This document shows, in pieces, positions 60,564-64,000 of a stretch of DNA of 64,000 nt. The number at the start of each line of letters is the position of its first letter. Position 1 is the first letter of the stretch. This stretch comes from Paraprevotella sp. (lineage in GTDB: Bacteria; Bacteroidota; Bacteroidia; Bacteroidales; Bacteroidaceae). The notes beneath the pieces are model-generated. The model was not told the DNA's origin and searched no databases. It saw nothing but the letters and a program-made list of their open reading frames with translations. Where the stretch lies: the NCBI GenBank assembly GCA_017937925.1, contig JAGBCQ010000011.1:5729-69728 (forward strand), read 5' to 3'. The position numbers were made by a program, and so were the translations under genes.

Positions 60564-61712
60564 ATGTCTGAAATCGTTGTAAAAGAAGTCTCTTCAAGGA
60601 AAGAGTTGAAAAAATTCATTCGTTTCAATTACGAATTGTATAAGAATTGTCCGTATGCCGTTCCTGATTTTTTAGAAGACACATTAGACACTTTCGACCC
60701 TGAAAAAAATGCGGCTTTCGACTTTTGTGATGCAAAGCTCTTCCTAGCATATAAAAACGGGAAAATCGTAGGACGCGTAGCAGGTATCATTAACAATAAA
60801 GCCAACAAAACTTGGGATACTCACAATGTCCGTTTCGGATGGATTGATTTTATTGATGACAAAGAAGTCAGCAATGCATTGCTCAAAGCCGTAGAGGACT
60901 GGGGACGTCAACAAGGAGCGAATAAGATTGTCGGTCCACTCGGATTTACAGATTTGGATCCTGAGGGTATGCTGATAGATGGATTTGACCAATTAAGCAC
61001 CATGTCCACCATCTATAACTATCCCTATTATCCAAAACATTTGGAGCAGTTGGGATTTGAGAAGGAAGTAGATTGGGTTGAGCGACAAATCATTGTCCCC
61101 GACAAACAATATGAGCGAACTGCTAAATACTTCCGCGTAGCAGAGATGAGCGCAAAGCGATACAATCTGCATATCCGTAAGTTCAAGAATATGCGCGAAA
61201 TCCGAGAAGGGAACTATGGCAAGAAAATTTTTGACGTGGTCAATAAAGCATACGCTCCACTTTATGGTTTTTCCGAACTGAGCGAAAAGCAAATTGACCA
61301 ATATGTCAATTCCTACCTTCCACTACTTGACATGCGTTTCCTTACAGTTGTGGAAGATGAACAGGACAATATTGTCGCTATGGGAGTCGGTATGCCCTCA
61401 CTCTCCACTGCTTTACAAAAAGCAAAAGGCAAATTATTCCCATTCGGATGGTTTTACTTGGCAAAAGCCTTATTCGTAAAACATTCCAACATCATAGACC
61501 TACTTTTAATAGGCGTTTTGCCTGAATATCAAAACAAAGGTGTCAATGCCATGTTGTTTGCCGACTTAATACCGGTGGCACAAAAAATGGGTCTTAAATT
61601 CGCTGAGACTCATCCACAATTGGAGACCAACGAAAAGAGTCAGGTACAATGGGATTACCTTGATGCCCACATTCATAAAAAAAGACGCTGTTATCAAAAG
61701 AACCTTAAATAA
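60564..61712 (+). CDS. GNAT-family N-acetyltransferase (YghO-like)
   Basis: VGRVAG, GPLGFTD, YNYPYY and GVLPEYQNKG motifs. Confidence 0.85.
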   Translation: MSEIVVKEVSSRKELKKFIRFNYELYKNCPYAVPDFLEDTLDTFDPEKNAAFDFCDAKLFLAYKNGKIVGRVAGIINNKANKTWDTHNVRFGWIDFIDDKEVSNALLKAVEDWGRQQGANKIVGPLGFTDLDPEGMLIDGFDQLSTMSTIYNYPYYPKHLEQLGFEKEVDWVERQIIVPDKQYERTAKYFRVAEMSAKRYNLHIRKFKNMREIREGNYGKKIFDVVNKAYAPLYGFSELSEKQIDQYVNSYLPLLDMRFLTVVEDEQDNIVAMGVGMPSLSTALQKAKGKLFPFGWFYLAKALFVKHSNIIDLLLIGVLPEYQNKGVNAMLFADLIPVAQKMGLKFAETHPQLETNEKSQVQWDYLDAHIHKKRRCYQKNLK

Positions 61713-61718
61713 AAAGCT

Positions 61719-63677
61719 ATGGCCGAAGAAAATATTCTCCTTAACTCCAACAAAAACGTTGATTATACCGAAGCTAACATCCGCCATCTGTCGGACATGG
61801 AACATATCCGTACACGCCCCGGTATGTATATCGGGAAATTGGGTGATGGAACACATGCTGAAGACGGTATATACGTACTCCTAAAAGAAGTCATTGATAA
61901 TAGTATCGATGAGTTCAAAATGGATGCAGGAAAACGTATTGAGATTACGGTAGAAGATAACCTACGTGTCAGCGTAAGGGATTATGGACGTGGCATTCCT
62001 CTTGGCATGTTGATTGAAGCCGTCAGTATGTTGAACACCGGAGGTAAATACGACTCCAAAGCATTTAAGAAAAGTGTCGGATTGAACGGTGTCGGTGTCA
62101 AAGCCGTCAATGCACTAAGCGCCCATTTTGAAGTCCGTAGCCACAGAGATGGAGAAATGCGTAAGGCAACTTTCGAAAAGGGCGAACTCATCAGCGACAC
62201 CACCGAGAAGACCGAAGACGAGAACGGTACATACATCTATTTTGAACCGGACAACACCTTGTTCAAGCATTACACGTTCCGCAACGAATTCATTGAACTC
62301 ATGTTGCGTAATTATACGTACCTGAATACAGGACTGACTATCATGTTCAACGGCAGACGGATTCATTCGCGCAATGGCTTGGTTGATTTATTGAACGACA
62401 ACATGACCAACGATGGTTTATACCCCATCGTACATCTTAAAGGCGAGGATATAGAAATAGCATTCACCCATACAAGTCAATACGGCGAAGAATATTATTC
62501 ATTTGTCAACGGACAGCATACAACGCAAGGCGGAACTCATCAAAGTGCGTTCAAGAAACACATCGCCGAAACCATCAAGGACTTTTCCGGCAAGAACTTC
62601 GACTACGGAGATATTCGTAATGGTCTGGTAGCAGCCGTATCCATCAATATTGAAGAACCATTGTTTGAAAGTCAAACAAAAATCAAACTAGGCTCACTTT
62701 CAACCATTCCCGAAGGTGGTATCAGCATTGATAAATTTGTAGGTGATTTCATTAAAGAACAAGTCGATAACTACTTACATAAGAATACGGATATTGCCGA
62801 AATCATCATTCAAAAGATTACAGAAAACGAGAAAGAGCGCAAAGCCATTGCCGGTGTAACAAAACTCGCACGCGAACGCGCCAAGAAAGCCAATCTGCAT
62901 AATCGCAAACTCCGTGATTGTCGCATACACCTCAATGATGCGAAAGGCGATTTGAAAGAAGAAAGTTCCATCTTTATTACAGAGGGTGACTCTGCCAGTG
63001 GAAGTATTACGAAGAGCCGTGACGTAACGACACAAGCCGTATTCAGTTTGAGAGGAAAACCATTAAATTGTTTCGGACTGACCAAAAAAGTGGTGTACGA
63101 GAACGAGGAGTTTAATTTGTTGCAAGCCGCTCTTAACATAGAAGACGGACTGGACGGATTGCGCTACAACAAAGTCATAGTAGCCACCGATGCTGATGTG
63201 GATGGCATGCATATCCGACTTCTGATGATAACATTCTTCTTACAATTCTTCCCCGAACTCATCAAGAAAGGACACGTCTATATCTTACAAACACCTTTGT
63301 TCCGTGTCAGAAACAGAAAAAGCAAAATCGGCAAAGCCAAACTCAAGGAGTTGGAAGGCGAAATCAATGACAACAAATCCGATTTCATTACCCGCTATTG
63401 CTATACTGAAGAGGAACGTATCAGCGCCATCGAAAGTTTAGGCCCCGACCCTGAGATTACACGATTTAAAGGATTAGGAGAAATTTCTCCCGATGAGTTC
63501 AAACACTTTATCGGTCCGGATATCAGACTGGAACAGGTTTCCTTGCACAAAAGCGACCAAGTCAAAGAGTTGCTAGAGTACTACATGGGTAAAAACACCA
63601 TGGAGCGCCAAAACTTCATCATCAACAATCTCGTTGTGGAAGAAGACCGTGCGGAAGAAGATGAAATGACAGCGTAA
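61719..63677 (+). CDS. parE: DNA topoisomerase IV subunit B
   Basis: [38 protein letters not shown] and RFKGLGE motifs. Confidence 0.93.
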   Translation: MAEENILLNSNKNVDYTEANIRHLSDMEHIRTRPGMYIGKLGDGTHAEDGIYVLLKEVIDNSIDEFKMDAGKRIEITVEDNLRVSVRDYGRGIPLGMLIEAVSMLNTGGKYDSKAFKKSVGLNGVGVKAVNALSAHFEVRSHRDGEMRKATFEKGELISDTTEKTEDENGTYIYFEPDNTLFKHYTFRNEFIELMLRNYTYLNTGLTIMFNGRRIHSRNGLVDLLNDNMTNDGLYPIVHLKGEDIEIAFTHTSQYGEEYYSFVNGQHTTQGGTHQSAFKKHIAETIKDFSGKNFDYGDIRNGLVAAVSINIEEPLFESQTKIKLGSLSTIPEGGISIDKFVGDFIKEQVDNYLHKNTDIAEIIIQKITENEKERKAIAGVTKLARERAKKANLHNRKLRDCRIHLNDAKGDLKEESSIFITEGDSASGSITKSRDVTTQAVFSLRGKPLNCFGLTKKVVYENEEFNLLQAALNIEDGLDGLRYNKVIVATDADVDGMHIRLLMITFFLQFFPELIKKGHVYILQTPLFRVRNRKSKIGKAKLKELEGEINDNKSDFITRYCYTEEERISAIESLGPDPEITRFKGLGEISPDEFKHFIGPDIRLEQVSLHKSDQVKELLEYYMGKNTMERQNFIINNLVVEEDRAEEDEMTA

Positions 63678-63690
63678 ATCACAACGTATT

Positions 63691-64000
63691 ATGGAAAGAA
63701 TCGCCATATTTCCAGGAAGTTTCGACCCATTTACCAAAGGGCATGAAGCACTACTTAAGCGTGCATTGAACCTTTTTGACCGCATCATCATCGGTGTGGG
63801 CATCAACGAAGGCAAAAAAACAGAACAAAGTGCAGAAAAACGTATTGAAGCTCTAAAAAAACTTTTTGAAAAGGACCCACGTATTGAAGTTGAGGGCTAC
63901 ACCGGACTTACCATTGATTTTGCAGCTCGCCATAATGCCGGTTTTTTACTTCGCGGTGTTCGTAGTATGAAAGATTATGAATATGAAATGAATCTTGCTG
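63691..64000 (+). CDS. coaD: Phosphopantetheine adenylyltransferase (3'-truncated by window)
   Basis: MERIAIFPGSFDPFTKGH...LRGVRSMKDYEYE. Confidence 0.96.
   Translation, partial: MERIAIFPGSFDPFTKGHEALLKRALNLFDRIIIGVGINEGKKTEQSAEKRIEALKKLFEKDPRIEVEGYTGLTIDFAARHNAGFLLRGVRSMKDYEYEMNLA

Noticed and set aside
15817-63677. parC and parE 43 kb apart
   Set aside because: Unlinked topoisomerase IV genes are normal in Bacteroidetes

Overview
Chromosomal segment of a Bacteroidales bacterium (Prevotella/Bacteroides-like, judged from TAnnTTTG -7 promoters, porT and T9SS C-terminal signals). Most of it is housekeeping: fdx, porT, rplS, asd, glyS, parC, umuDC, topA-aroK-speA-argB, ribF, a Ca2+ ATPase, ompA, parE and coaD, plus a small rhamnogalacturonan cluster (PL26/GH105/DUF4861). 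There are two tRNA-adjacent accessory regions. (1) After tRNA-Leu (20.5-25.3 kb): a motif-rich non-coding stretch, an orphan T9SS C-terminal gene remnant, an AT-rich secreted orphan gene, and a divergent pair encoding an HTH-like protein and a kinase-TM-LRR receptor. (2) After a CAU-anticodon tRNA (44.4-57.2 kb): an att-like end with no integrase, then five co-oriented genes. These encode an AAA_14/DUF4143 ATPase, an Abi-alpha/DUF4393 protein, a ~690-aa unknown with a prohead-protease-like N-terminus and an in-frame TGA at codon 6, a stand-alone SIR2-like protein, and a 1540-aa NACHT/STAND NTPase with a C-terminal TIR domain. The SIR2 + NACHT-TIR module is the best candidate for an undescribed anti-phage system; the HTH + LRR receptor kinase pair is second. 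All family calls come from motif recognition by eye; no database searches were run.
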